Shown here: one piece after another, positions 49,132 to 56,826 of the stretch
Layout of the letters: every line of letters starts with the position of its first letter
How positions within the stretch are numbered: the first letter of the stretch is position 1
Assembly: GCA_964559135.1 (NCBI GenBank)
Contig: CAZLGG010000006.1
Coordinates: 8,247 to 72,246, forward strand
DNA: 64,000 nucleotides
Direction: 5' to 3'
DNA from: an uncultured Planctomycetia bacterium
GTDB lineage: Bacteria; Planctomycetota; GCA-002687715; DRQF01
Position numbers and translations under genes: made by a program
The notes under the pieces: model-generated
Databases searched by the model: none
What the model saw: the letters and a program-made list of their open reading frames with translations, nothing else
What the model was told of the DNA's origin: nothing

Positions 49132-49198
49132 GGGGTGTCCTTGCGTTCGGGTTCGGTTCCGTCATGACAAGATCGACTTGCGACACCAAGCGTGGCGG

Positions 49199-50293
49199 TC
49201 ACCGGGGCCGCGACCTGAACTTCGCCTGGAGGATTTGTCCCAGCCCGAGCCCGAGGGGTACGATCGCCAGCTTTCCGCGGGGGGACGACCACCCGTAGAC
49301 GGCGAGAACCGAGGCCCCTGCCAGATACGAGAGGCCCACCAGGAGATGGACGGCTCTCTCGGGCCCCCATTTGCCGGCGAGGACATGGGACAGATGATCC
49401 CGCCCGGCCTGCCACGGAGGGCGTCCCTCCCTGAGCCGTCGCACGATCACGAAACCCATGTCGGCCATGGGAAGGGCGAAGATGCCCACGGGAACGATGA
49501 TCGGAGCCCAAGTGGGACTCGGCGCTCCGAATTCGCCCCCGAAGGTGACGGCAACCCCGAGCCCGGCCAGGAGAAAGCCGACGCCGAGGCTTCCCTCGTC
49601 CCCCATGTACACCCGCGCGGGCCTGCGATTCCAAAAGAGCACGGCCGCCGTGGAGCCGAGGACCGCCAACGCCATGGCGGCCGCGAACCACTGCCCATCT
49701 CCGCCGGCCACGATCGCGAGGGAGAGTGCTACGGAGGTTGCTACCCCGGGGAGGAGGGCATCCATGTTGTCGATGAAGTTGAAGGCATTCGTCATGGCGA
49801 CGAACCACACCACGGTCAGGATCATCTGAAGTGAAGGGTAGGGAAGGAAGAGCGACAGTCTGAGACCCATGGCCGCCGTCACTGTGGCTGCGAGGATCTC
49901 CTCGGCGAGCCGTCGCCCGATGGGCAATCCACCCCGGTCATCGCGGCACCCGAGATGAGCCATCCACAGGGCGCAAAGGAGCCAAGCGGCCGCCGTCGAC
50001 GACTGCTCGAGGAGGCCTTCCCCGTGGAGACGCAGCAGGCCGCCGACTGAAATCCGCAGGGTCCTCGCGAGGAGCACGGCCAGGACTCCCCCCCCCACAA
50101 GGATCGCGATCGTGAGGAGAATGGCTCGCCCGCCCCCATAGGGGACGGAGATCTCCTGGGGTTTCCTGTCGCTGGGAGCGTCGACGTGGCCACGCATCAG
50201 GTTGCCGGACACGATGCGAGGAAGGAGCCATCGCGAAAGGCCGTAGGCTGCCACGAGGACGACGGCCCCGTATCCTGCTAACCTGAGGTCCAT
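49199..50293 (-). CDS. MraY/WecA/TagO-family polyprenyl-phosphate HexNAc-1-phosphate transferase
   Basis: PYGGG, GCRDD, NAFNFIDNMDAL, YMGDEGS, GRDHLSH; many TMs; AAGGAG RBS. Confidence 0.85.
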   Translation of the reverse strand: MDLRLAGYGAVVLVAAYGLSRWLLPRIVSGNLMRGHVDAPSDRKPQEISVPYGGGRAILLTIAILVGGGVLAVLLARTLRISVGGLLRLHGEGLLEQSSTAAAWLLCALWMAHLGCRDDRGGLPIGRRLAEEILAATVTAAMGLRLSLFLPYPSLQMILTVVWFVAMTNAFNFIDNMDALLPGVATSVALSLAIVAGGDGQWFAAAMALAVLGSTAAVLFWNRRPARVYMGDEGSLGVGFLLAGLGVAVTFGGEFGAPSPTWAPIIVPVGIFALPMADMGFVIVRRLREGRPPWQAGRDHLSHVLAGKWGPERAVHLLVGLSYLAGASVLAVYGWSSPRGKLAIVPLGLGLGQILQAKFRSRPR

Positions 50294-51149
50294 GTCCCGA
50301 GCACTCCTTGCCTACAACACCAACGGGTTCGCCCATCATAGGTTGCACGACGCAATCGTCATCCTGTCCGAATTGGACTATCGAGGCGTGGCTCTCACCT
50401 TGGACGTCCACCACCTGGATCCGTATTCCCCCCAACATGGGGACGAATGCGAGGAAATACGAAGGCTCCTGGTGGAGCATGGTATGGATTGCGTCGTCGA
50501 GACCGGAGCACGATTCCTCCTGGACCCGAGGCGTAAGCATTACCCCAGCCTACTCTGTAGCGAAGCGGTCGCGGCGAAGCGGCTCGACTTCTATTACCGG
50601 GCGATCGATACCGCGGCGGCGATCGGCGCCTCCGCCATCGCCCTTTGGTCCGGCCACGATTTCGACGGTGTCGGCGCCGACAAGGGCATGGATCGATTGG
50701 TCCGGGGGCTCGAAAGTGTGCTCCGGCGAGCCGAAGAGGCGAAAATCGACGTGGCGTTCGAACCCGAGCCCGGCATGTTCGTGGAGACCCTTCCCCAATA
50801 CGACCTTCTCCGAGCGCGCATCGATTCCCGGAGATTCGGATTGGCCTTGGACCTCGGTCACATCCTGGTGACCCAGGAGTGCAAACCCGCGGAGGCGATC
50901 CGTCGCTACCGAGCGGATCTCCTGACGGTGACGATCGAGGACATGAAGCGGGGCGTGCATCGACACCTGCCCTTCGGCGAAGGAGATATGGACGTCGGGC
51001 CGATCCTGTTGGCTCTCGAGGACATCGGGTATCGGGGGCTGCTCATCGTGGAACTGTCGCGGGAAAGCGCCGAAGCTCCGACACAGGCGGCGAGAGCGAT
51101 GCATTATCTTGCGAATGTCGGGAAAAACCTCGGATGGGACGATAGCTGA
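50292..51149 (+). CDS. Sugar-phosphate isomerase/epimerase TIM barrel (ebo-cluster-associated type)
   Basis: AYNTNG, LTLDVHHLDP, VETGARFLLDP, FEPEPGM, LDLGH, EDM..GVHRHLPFGEG, VELSR. Confidence 0.8.
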   Translation: MSRALLAYNTNGFAHHRLHDAIVILSELDYRGVALTLDVHHLDPYSPQHGDECEEIRRLLVEHGMDCVVETGARFLLDPRRKHYPSLLCSEAVAAKRLDFYYRAIDTAAAIGASAIALWSGHDFDGVGADKGMDRLVRGLESVLRRAEEAKIDVAFEPEPGMFVETLPQYDLLRARIDSRRFGLALDLGHILVTQECKPAEAIRRYRADLLTVTIEDMKRGVHRHLPFGEGDMDVGPILLALEDIGYRGLLIVELSRESAEAPTQAARAMHYLANVGKNLGWDDS

Positions 51150-51155
51150 ATCGTC

Positions 51156-52073
51156 ATGACTATCGAACCCGATTCCATCGACTCGCGGCCGGAGAGCCTC
51201 GACGAAGCCACCGCGCCTCCCATTCTCGTCGTGGAGGACGATCCCGCGTTTTCCAAGCTGATGCAGAAGCGGCTCGTGGCCCAAGGATACGAAGTTCTGC
51301 TGGCGCGTGACGGGATGGAGGGGTTGGAATTCTGTCGCCGGCATCATCCCGACCTCGTACTCTCCGACTGGATGATGCCCAAGATGAATGGTGTCGACCT
51401 CTGCGAAGAGATTCGCAAGACCAAGGGCCTCGAGAACACCTACATCATTCTCATCTCGAGCAAGGCCGACACCGGCGAGCGTGTGCGAGGATTCGATGCG
51501 GGAGCCGACGACTACCTGGTCAAAAATTGCGACCCGGAGGAGCTCCAGGCCCGCATCCGGGTCGGGTTGCGGGTGAGAGAGCTTCAAAGGGAGCTGGAGC
51601 GCCAGGCCCGCGTCGACGACCTGACCGGGCTCTGGAACCGTGCGTATTTCTACGAACGGCTTTCGGAGGAAATTCCCAGGGCTCTGCGTTTCGGAAAACC
51701 GTTGACCATCGCGATGATCGATCTCGATGGGTTCAAAGGCGTGAACGACACCTACGGGCATCTGGCGGGCGATGGGGCGCTGAGATTCGCCGCCGAATTG
51801 CTGACCACGCATTGCCGCGCCGTCGACATCGTCGGGCGTTATGGAGGAGACGAATTCGTCATCGCATTCGTCGAGACCGAACCGCAGACCGCCGTGCTCG
51901 TCATGGAGCGGATTCGTCAGGAGATCGCGGACGCCCCCTTCCAGTGGGAAGGGGAGACCGCCCGGTTCGGGTTGAGCTTCGGGATGGCGGACCTCGGTCC
52001 GGATCGAAGCACGCCGGATCTCCTCCTTCGCGCCGCCGATGATGCTCTCTATGAAATGAAACGCGACGCCTGA
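51156..52073 (+). CDS. Response-regulator diguanylate cyclase (REC-GGDEF)
   Basis: LVVEDD, LSDWMMP, DDYLVK; DDLTG, IDLDGFKGVNDTYGH, RAVD I-site, RYGGDEF. Confidence 0.94.
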   Translation: MTIEPDSIDSRPESLDEATAPPILVVEDDPAFSKLMQKRLVAQGYEVLLARDGMEGLEFCRRHHPDLVLSDWMMPKMNGVDLCEEIRKTKGLENTYIILISSKADTGERVRGFDAGADDYLVKNCDPEELQARIRVGLRVRELQRELERQARVDDLTGLWNRAYFYERLSEEIPRALRFGKPLTIAMIDLDGFKGVNDTYGHLAGDGALRFAAELLTTHCRAVDIVGRYGGDEFVIAFVETEPQTAVLVMERIRQEIADAPFQWEGETARFGLSFGMADLGPDRSTPDLLLRAADDALYEMKRDA

Positions 52074-52115
52074 ACTCCCCGCCGATCGGAGCGAGGGAAT
52101 GATTTGTCTCGGAAT

Positions 52116-55100
52116 CTATCCCTCTCGATGGGTCTTCAGGACCGCCGCAGCGCGACGACTGAGGACGTGGGGCGCCTGCCTCAGCCACCCTTTCATCAAC
52201 TGCGATCGCACGAGGTCGTGTCGCTCCATGAGCGTGTCGGCCAAGCCGGTGGGCTCGGCTCCACTGGAGAGGACGATGACCGGAGGAGGCGGTGTCGCCG
52301 AGGCATCCAAGATGTCCACGACCCGAACCGGGTCCAGACCGGGCATGAGGAGATCCAGCAGGATGAGGTCCGTCTCTCGGATGGAGCTCTCCAACCCCTC
52401 CGTGTCATCTCCCATCAGATGCGTGACGATAAAGCCCTCGCGACCCAAGGCTCTTCGGACGAGCTGTCCCATGGCCGGGTCGTCGTCGATGAGCAAGACT
52501 CGTGCGGGGGAGTCCGATGGAAGTTGGACTCGGTGTCGTTGCAGGGCCGCTTCGATGTCCTGTGAGGCAGCAGGTTTCCTCAGTACATCCAGGTGATCGA
52601 TGCAGGCGATTTCGTCGGAGAGAGGGCTCCGGTCGGTCGGCAGACCCGTCCAAAGGATGAACGCCGTCGCTCCCAGGCTCTCGACGCCGCAAAGCGCATT
52701 GATCAGGTCCAAGCCCGTCTGAGGCGGAGACCCGGCCGGCGCCGGCATGAGATACTCCGTGACCACGATATCCGGGATGAGCCTCCGCGCTTCTTCCTCG
52801 GCATCCGCGATGGAGTCGGCGATGAAAAGAGACCCACCGGCCGACTTGACGGCTTCGGCGAACCCGGCGACATGGGGACCGGGTCGGTCCACGAGAAGAA
52901 CGACGGGTCCGCCCGCTCGTTCGTCGACCGGCCGCACGAAACTCTCGGGCAGCACGTCTTCCATGGAGGCGGGGAGAACAACCACGGCCGTCGTGCCGCG
53001 TCCGGGTCCGTCGCTCTCCAACCGGATCGTCCCGCCCATCATGCGAATCATGGCCTGTGCGATCGTGAGCCCGAGGCCGCTGCCTCCGAAGCTGCGTGTG
53101 TCGCTGCCGTCGAGTTGGACGAAAGCCTCGAACACGCGTTCCGCGTCCTCCCCGGCGAGCCCGATCCCCATGTCGGTGATGCGTACCTCGGCAAACCCCG
53201 TCCCGGAGAGGTTTCGAATCACGATGTCGATGGGGCGCCCTTCCGAGAACTTTGTGGCGTTGTCCACCAGATGAACGAGAGCCCGTCGGAGTTGACCCAT
53301 GTCGGCATCCACGAAGACCCGCTCACCCGCTTCGATCCGGATGCGACTCGTCGTCCCATCGGCGAGTGGCGGAGGTGCGTCCGCGATGTCCTTGATGACA
53401 CCGGTCAGGTCGATCCGTTCAGGGTGAAACCGCATCCGACCGGCTTCGACCTTGGAGATATCGAGAACGTCGTCGACGACCTTGAGGAGTCGTAGCGTGC
53501 AGGCGTAGGCCTCGCGAACACATTCCATCTCTTCGTCGCGATCGTCCACCATGCCGTCGAGGACAAGGCGAAGAAAACCGAGCGTACCGGCGAGAGGAGT
53601 GCGAAGTTCATGGGACGTCGTGCTCAGGAAGCGCCCCTTCAGCCGATCCGCCTCGAGGAGGCGCTTGTTGAGGCGGCGCGTCGTTTCGGCCAGGGCTTCC
53701 TTGCGAGACGCGAAGGCTTCGAGTTCCAGGGTCAGTCGTTCCAGGTGCGAAGACTGGGTGAGCACCCGGGAGTGCAGCTTCGTGTTCCCGATGGCAGCGG
53801 CGATCGCCTGTGCGATGATCTGAACCGTCCTGAGAAACCCTTCGTCCAGGGGGCGCGGGATGGCGATTTCGAGGACTCCGACGAGCGATCCGTCGCGGTG
53901 CATCGGGATGCCGACGCGCGGGCCGCCGTCCAGGTGCAGGGCCTCGTTTTCGTGTTCGAACAACTCGTAGTCGAGGATGGGGTCGTCTGCGGCCGTGACA
54001 TCACCGGTCTTCGCCGCCGAACCTGCCACGCCGATTCCCCAGGGGAGGCGCTCACGAGGAGCGTCGGCGGGGCGGAGACACCTGGACGTGTCATCGCACC
54101 GGTCCGCAAGTCGGCATGTCTGACACGAATCACCTGGGCCGACCAACCAAACTCTCGCGGAGGCATCGAATTCCTCACGAACAACTCGCGAGAGCCGCCT
54201 TCCGAGATCGGCGATGTCGAGTGTTCCGACGACTTCTTGCGCGACGCGATGGGCGCGGATGAGATCGTCGATGAGGCGCGAACGCTCCATGTCGAGGGAT
54301 TTGAGGACACTCAAGTCTCGGTGAATGGCGAGGAATTGGGTGATCTCGCCGTCGGATTCGATGGGGCTCATGACGAGAAGGACATCCTTGCGGAGGTCTC
54401 CTCGTGTCCGCATCGCCACCTCGCCAACCCAGGGTTGCCCGGAGCGGACCTGCTGCCAAACAGGGGTGAGGGCACAGGCAGCCGTCGTGCGGTTGAAGAG
54501 GTTCTCGTATTCGACGCCGATGAGTTGCAAGCGCGGGAACTGCACGGCTTCGGTGAAGGCCGGATTCACATAGATGATCCGACGGTCTGTGCCGATGAGG
54601 GCCACGGGGTCATGGGAGCCGTCCATGACGCCCGCGAGGATGGCATGCTCGGTCTTCTGGAGAGCGATGCGCTCCGCCATCGCGTTGAACGAGAGGACGA
54701 GATCACGAAACTCTTCCCGGTCACCCAGCCGGAGGCGCACATTCGATTGCCCCTCGGCGATGGCTCGGGCGGCGTCAGCGACCTCGCCCACCGTTTTGGC
54801 GTACGCATGCCGGACATCGACATCACGCACGTCGTCGAGCACCTTCAGACACACGGCCATGGCCCCAAGGGCGACCGCGGGGGTCCAAGTTCCTCGCGGC
54901 CCCATCAAGATCACGGCGACGGCGGTGAATCCGGCGAGAACCGTCACCCCGAGCAGACCTTTGGACGGTGGCGAAGGGTCACCGACTTGCTCCGAGTTTC
55001 GTGAGTTTCTCACCCAAATGGGAAGAAGTGGCCATGCGAGGACGCAAATCAGGGCCAGTGCCCACTTTGGCCCCTTGTCGAGAGAGACGACCTGCAGGAG

Positions 55101-55178
55101 GATCTGCGGGAGGGCAACGACGCCCCCCCACAAGACCAGAGTCCGTACTTGACGATCATCCCGAGCGTTGCGACCCAT
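52116..55178 (-). CDS. Hybrid sensor histidine kinase (TM-HAMP-PAS-GAF-HisKA-HATPase-2xREC)
   Basis: SHELRTPL, NATKF, DMGIG, GGSGLGL, two receiver-like domains, Cys-rich insert in the GAF domain. Confidence 0.9.
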   Translation of the reverse strand: MGRNARDDRQVRTLVLWGGVVALPQILLQVVSLDKGPKWALALICVLAWPLLPIWVRNSRNSEQVGDPSPPSKGLLGVTVLAGFTAVAVILMGPRGTWTPAVALGAMAVCLKVLDDVRDVDVRHAYAKTVGEVADAARAIAEGQSNVRLRLGDREEFRDLVLSFNAMAERIALQKTEHAILAGVMDGSHDPVALIGTDRRIIYVNPAFTEAVQFPRLQLIGVEYENLFNRTTAACALTPVWQQVRSGQPWVGEVAMRTRGDLRKDVLLVMSPIESDGEITQFLAIHRDLSVLKSLDMERSRLIDDLIRAHRVAQEVVGTLDIADLGRRLSRVVREEFDASARVWLVGPGDSCQTCRLADRCDDTSRCLRPADAPRERLPWGIGVAGSAAKTGDVTAADDPILDYELFEHENEALHLDGGPRVGIPMHRDGSLVGVLEIAIPRPLDEGFLRTVQIIAQAIAAAIGNTKLHSRVLTQSSHLERLTLELEAFASRKEALAETTRRLNKRLLEADRLKGRFLSTTSHELRTPLAGTLGFLRLVLDGMVDDRDEEMECVREAYACTLRLLKVVDDVLDISKVEAGRMRFHPERIDLTGVIKDIADAPPPLADGTTSRIRIEAGERVFVDADMGQLRRALVHLVDNATKFSEGRPIDIVIRNLSGTGFAEVRITDMGIGLAGEDAERVFEAFVQLDGSDTRSFGGSGLGLTIAQAMIRMMGGTIRLESDGPGRGTTAVVVLPASMEDVLPESFVRPVDERAGGPVVLLVDRPGPHVAGFAEAVKSAGGSLFIADSIADAEEEARRLIPDIVVTEYLMPAPAGSPPQTGLDLINALCGVESLGATAFILWTGLPTDRSPLSDEIACIDHLDVLRKPAASQDIEAALQRHRVQLPSDSPARVLLIDDDPAMGQLVRRALGREGFIVTHLMGDDTEGLESSIRETDLILLDLLMPGLDPVRVVDILDASATPPPPVIVLSSGAEPTGLADTLMERHDLVRSQLMKGWLRQAPHVLSRRAAAVLKTHREG

Positions 55179-55647
55179 GACTCATGCATCGGAAAGATTG
55201 GAACCCCGCCATGAAGGAAGTCGCATCCGCCGCCGGTTTTTGGCTCCAGCGGGTTTCTTCTCACTGCTCTTGGCCATCGGAGCTGCGTCCTCGTGTGGAA
55301 CCGCGAAGATCCGTGCCTACCACCCCGAGCCGCCGAAGAACGTGGAACTCCAAGCTTTCCAGCCGTCCGACATCTCCTCTTGGGTGGAATCCTTGCTCTC
55401 CCCCGGAGAGGGGAAGGATGACGTGGAGAGGGCGCGGCTTCACCAGACAGCGTTGCGGATCGAGTCGATTCTGGACAACGCGCCCTGTTTCCAAGGCGAG
55501 TTGCGCGAGCGTGCGGAAGCCCTGAAGTTGGAAGCCATCGTCTATGCGGCCGAGTATCCTGAGCACGTCGGTTCCGACGCCAAACGTGTTCGGGAGGCTC
55601 TTGCCTATCTTCTCGAACCCCTCGCACGATCCGTCGAGCGTCCATGA
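55177..55647 (+). CDS. Hypothetical lipoprotein
   Basis: Arg-rich n-region, hydrophobic core and AASS-C; start codon uncertain. Confidence 0.55.
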   Translation: MTHASERLEPRHEGSRIRRRFLAPAGFFSLLLAIGAASSCGTAKIRAYHPEPPKNVELQAFQPSDISSWVESLLSPGEGKDDVERARLHQTALRIESILDNAPCFQGELRERAEALKLEAIVYAAEYPEHVGSDAKRVREALAYLLEPLARSVERP

Positions 55648-55671
55648 TTCATTCCCGTCGAAGCGAGATGG

Positions 55672-56826
55672 TTGATGCCACCTGAGTCACCACGGATGAC
55701 CTATATAGAAACGCCCCGAGATCTCGAGCGTGCGGCGGCATGCATCGAGGGGGTCCGATGCCTGGCCGTCGACACCGAGTCCAATTCCATGCACGCCTAC
55801 CCTGAGCAGGTGTGCTTCGTCCAAATCCGAGCCGATGACGATGTTTTCATCATCGACACGATCAAATTGAGGGATCTATCTCCTCTTCAACCGTATTTCG
55901 GAGACGCCTCGGTCGAGAAGGTCTTGCACGGTGCCGACTATGACGTGGTCTGCTTGGCGCGCGACTTCGGACTGCGCTTCTCGGGGCTCTTCGACACGAT
56001 GCTCGCCGCGCAGTTCCTCGGAATGGAGCGCCTGGGGTTGGCCGCGCTGTGTTCCCAGTACTTCGGTGTCGAATTGGATAAGAGCTTGACGCGCCATGAC
56101 TGGGGTCGGCGCCCCATTGACCCGCCCTACATCCAATACATGTGCGAAGACGTGCTCTACCTCGAAGAGCTGCGCGAAATCCTGGAGGCACAGGTAAGGG
56201 CGGCCGGCATCGTCGAGGAACTCTCGCTCGAGTTTCGCCGGGTCGAGACGCTCGAGTGGTCGCCGAAGGGATTCGACCCCGACGGCTGGCGACGCATCAA
56301 GGGGGCAAGGGACCTGGACGAGAAGGGGCGTGGGGTCATGGCTCAGTTGTTCCGCCTGCGGGAGGAGCTGGCCCTGGAGAGAGGCGTGCCGCCCTATCGC
56401 ATCCTTCGGAACGAAGTCATGCTCTCTTTGGCGCGGAATCGACGCGCCCGTGGCGGGGATTTGAATGGGTTCAAGCGTCTGAAGCGGGGGTTCTTGGACC
56501 GCTATGAGAAAAGGCTTCTGGAGGCCCTGTCCCGGGCGCGGGACGCCGAGCCGGTCTCGGCGATGGGTCCCCGCAAGAAGGAACGACGTTCCCGGGCAGA
56601 GGCTCGCCGGGAAGAAGCCCTGCGGCGGTGGCGCAAGGAGGAAGCGGAACGAAGGGGCGTCATGACGATGGTCGTCCTGCCGAACCATGTTCTTTTGGAG
56701 CTGGTCGCCGACCCGCCGGACTCCCTGGAGGCCTTGAAGCGTTTCCCGTACCTGGGGGAGAGTCGCCGAATGCGCTACGGCTTGGAGATCCTCGACGTCT
56801 TGCGGGCTTGCGACTCTTCGGGGTGA
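55672..56826 (+). CDS. rnd: Ribonuclease D (3'-5' exonuclease plus 2 HRDC)
   Basis: AVDTES, HGADYD, FDTMLAAQ, DWGRRP, Y..EDV; two HRDC repeats (LREELA..RGVPPYRIL; WRKEEAERRGV). Confidence 0.9.
   Translation: MMPPESPRMTYIETPRDLERAAACIEGVRCLAVDTESNSMHAYPEQVCFVQIRADDDVFIIDTIKLRDLSPLQPYFGDASVEKVLHGADYDVVCLARDFGLRFSGLFDTMLAAQFLGMERLGLAALCSQYFGVELDKSLTRHDWGRRPIDPPYIQYMCEDVLYLEELREILEAQVRAAGIVEELSLEFRRVETLEWSPKGFDPDGWRRIKGARDLDEKGRGVMAQLFRLREELALERGVPPYRILRNEVMLSLARNRRARGGDLNGFKRLKRGFLDRYEKRLLEALSRARDAEPVSAMGPRKKERRSRAEARREEALRRWRKEEAERRGVMTMVVLPNHVLLELVADPPDSLEALKRFPYLGESRRMRYGLEILDVLRACDSSG

Noticed and set aside
55176-55179. Second CATG shared by divergent starts (kinase and lipoprotein)
   Set aside because: Unlike 50291-50294, neither strand shows a supporting -10 or Shine-Dalgarno, so either start may be wrong.
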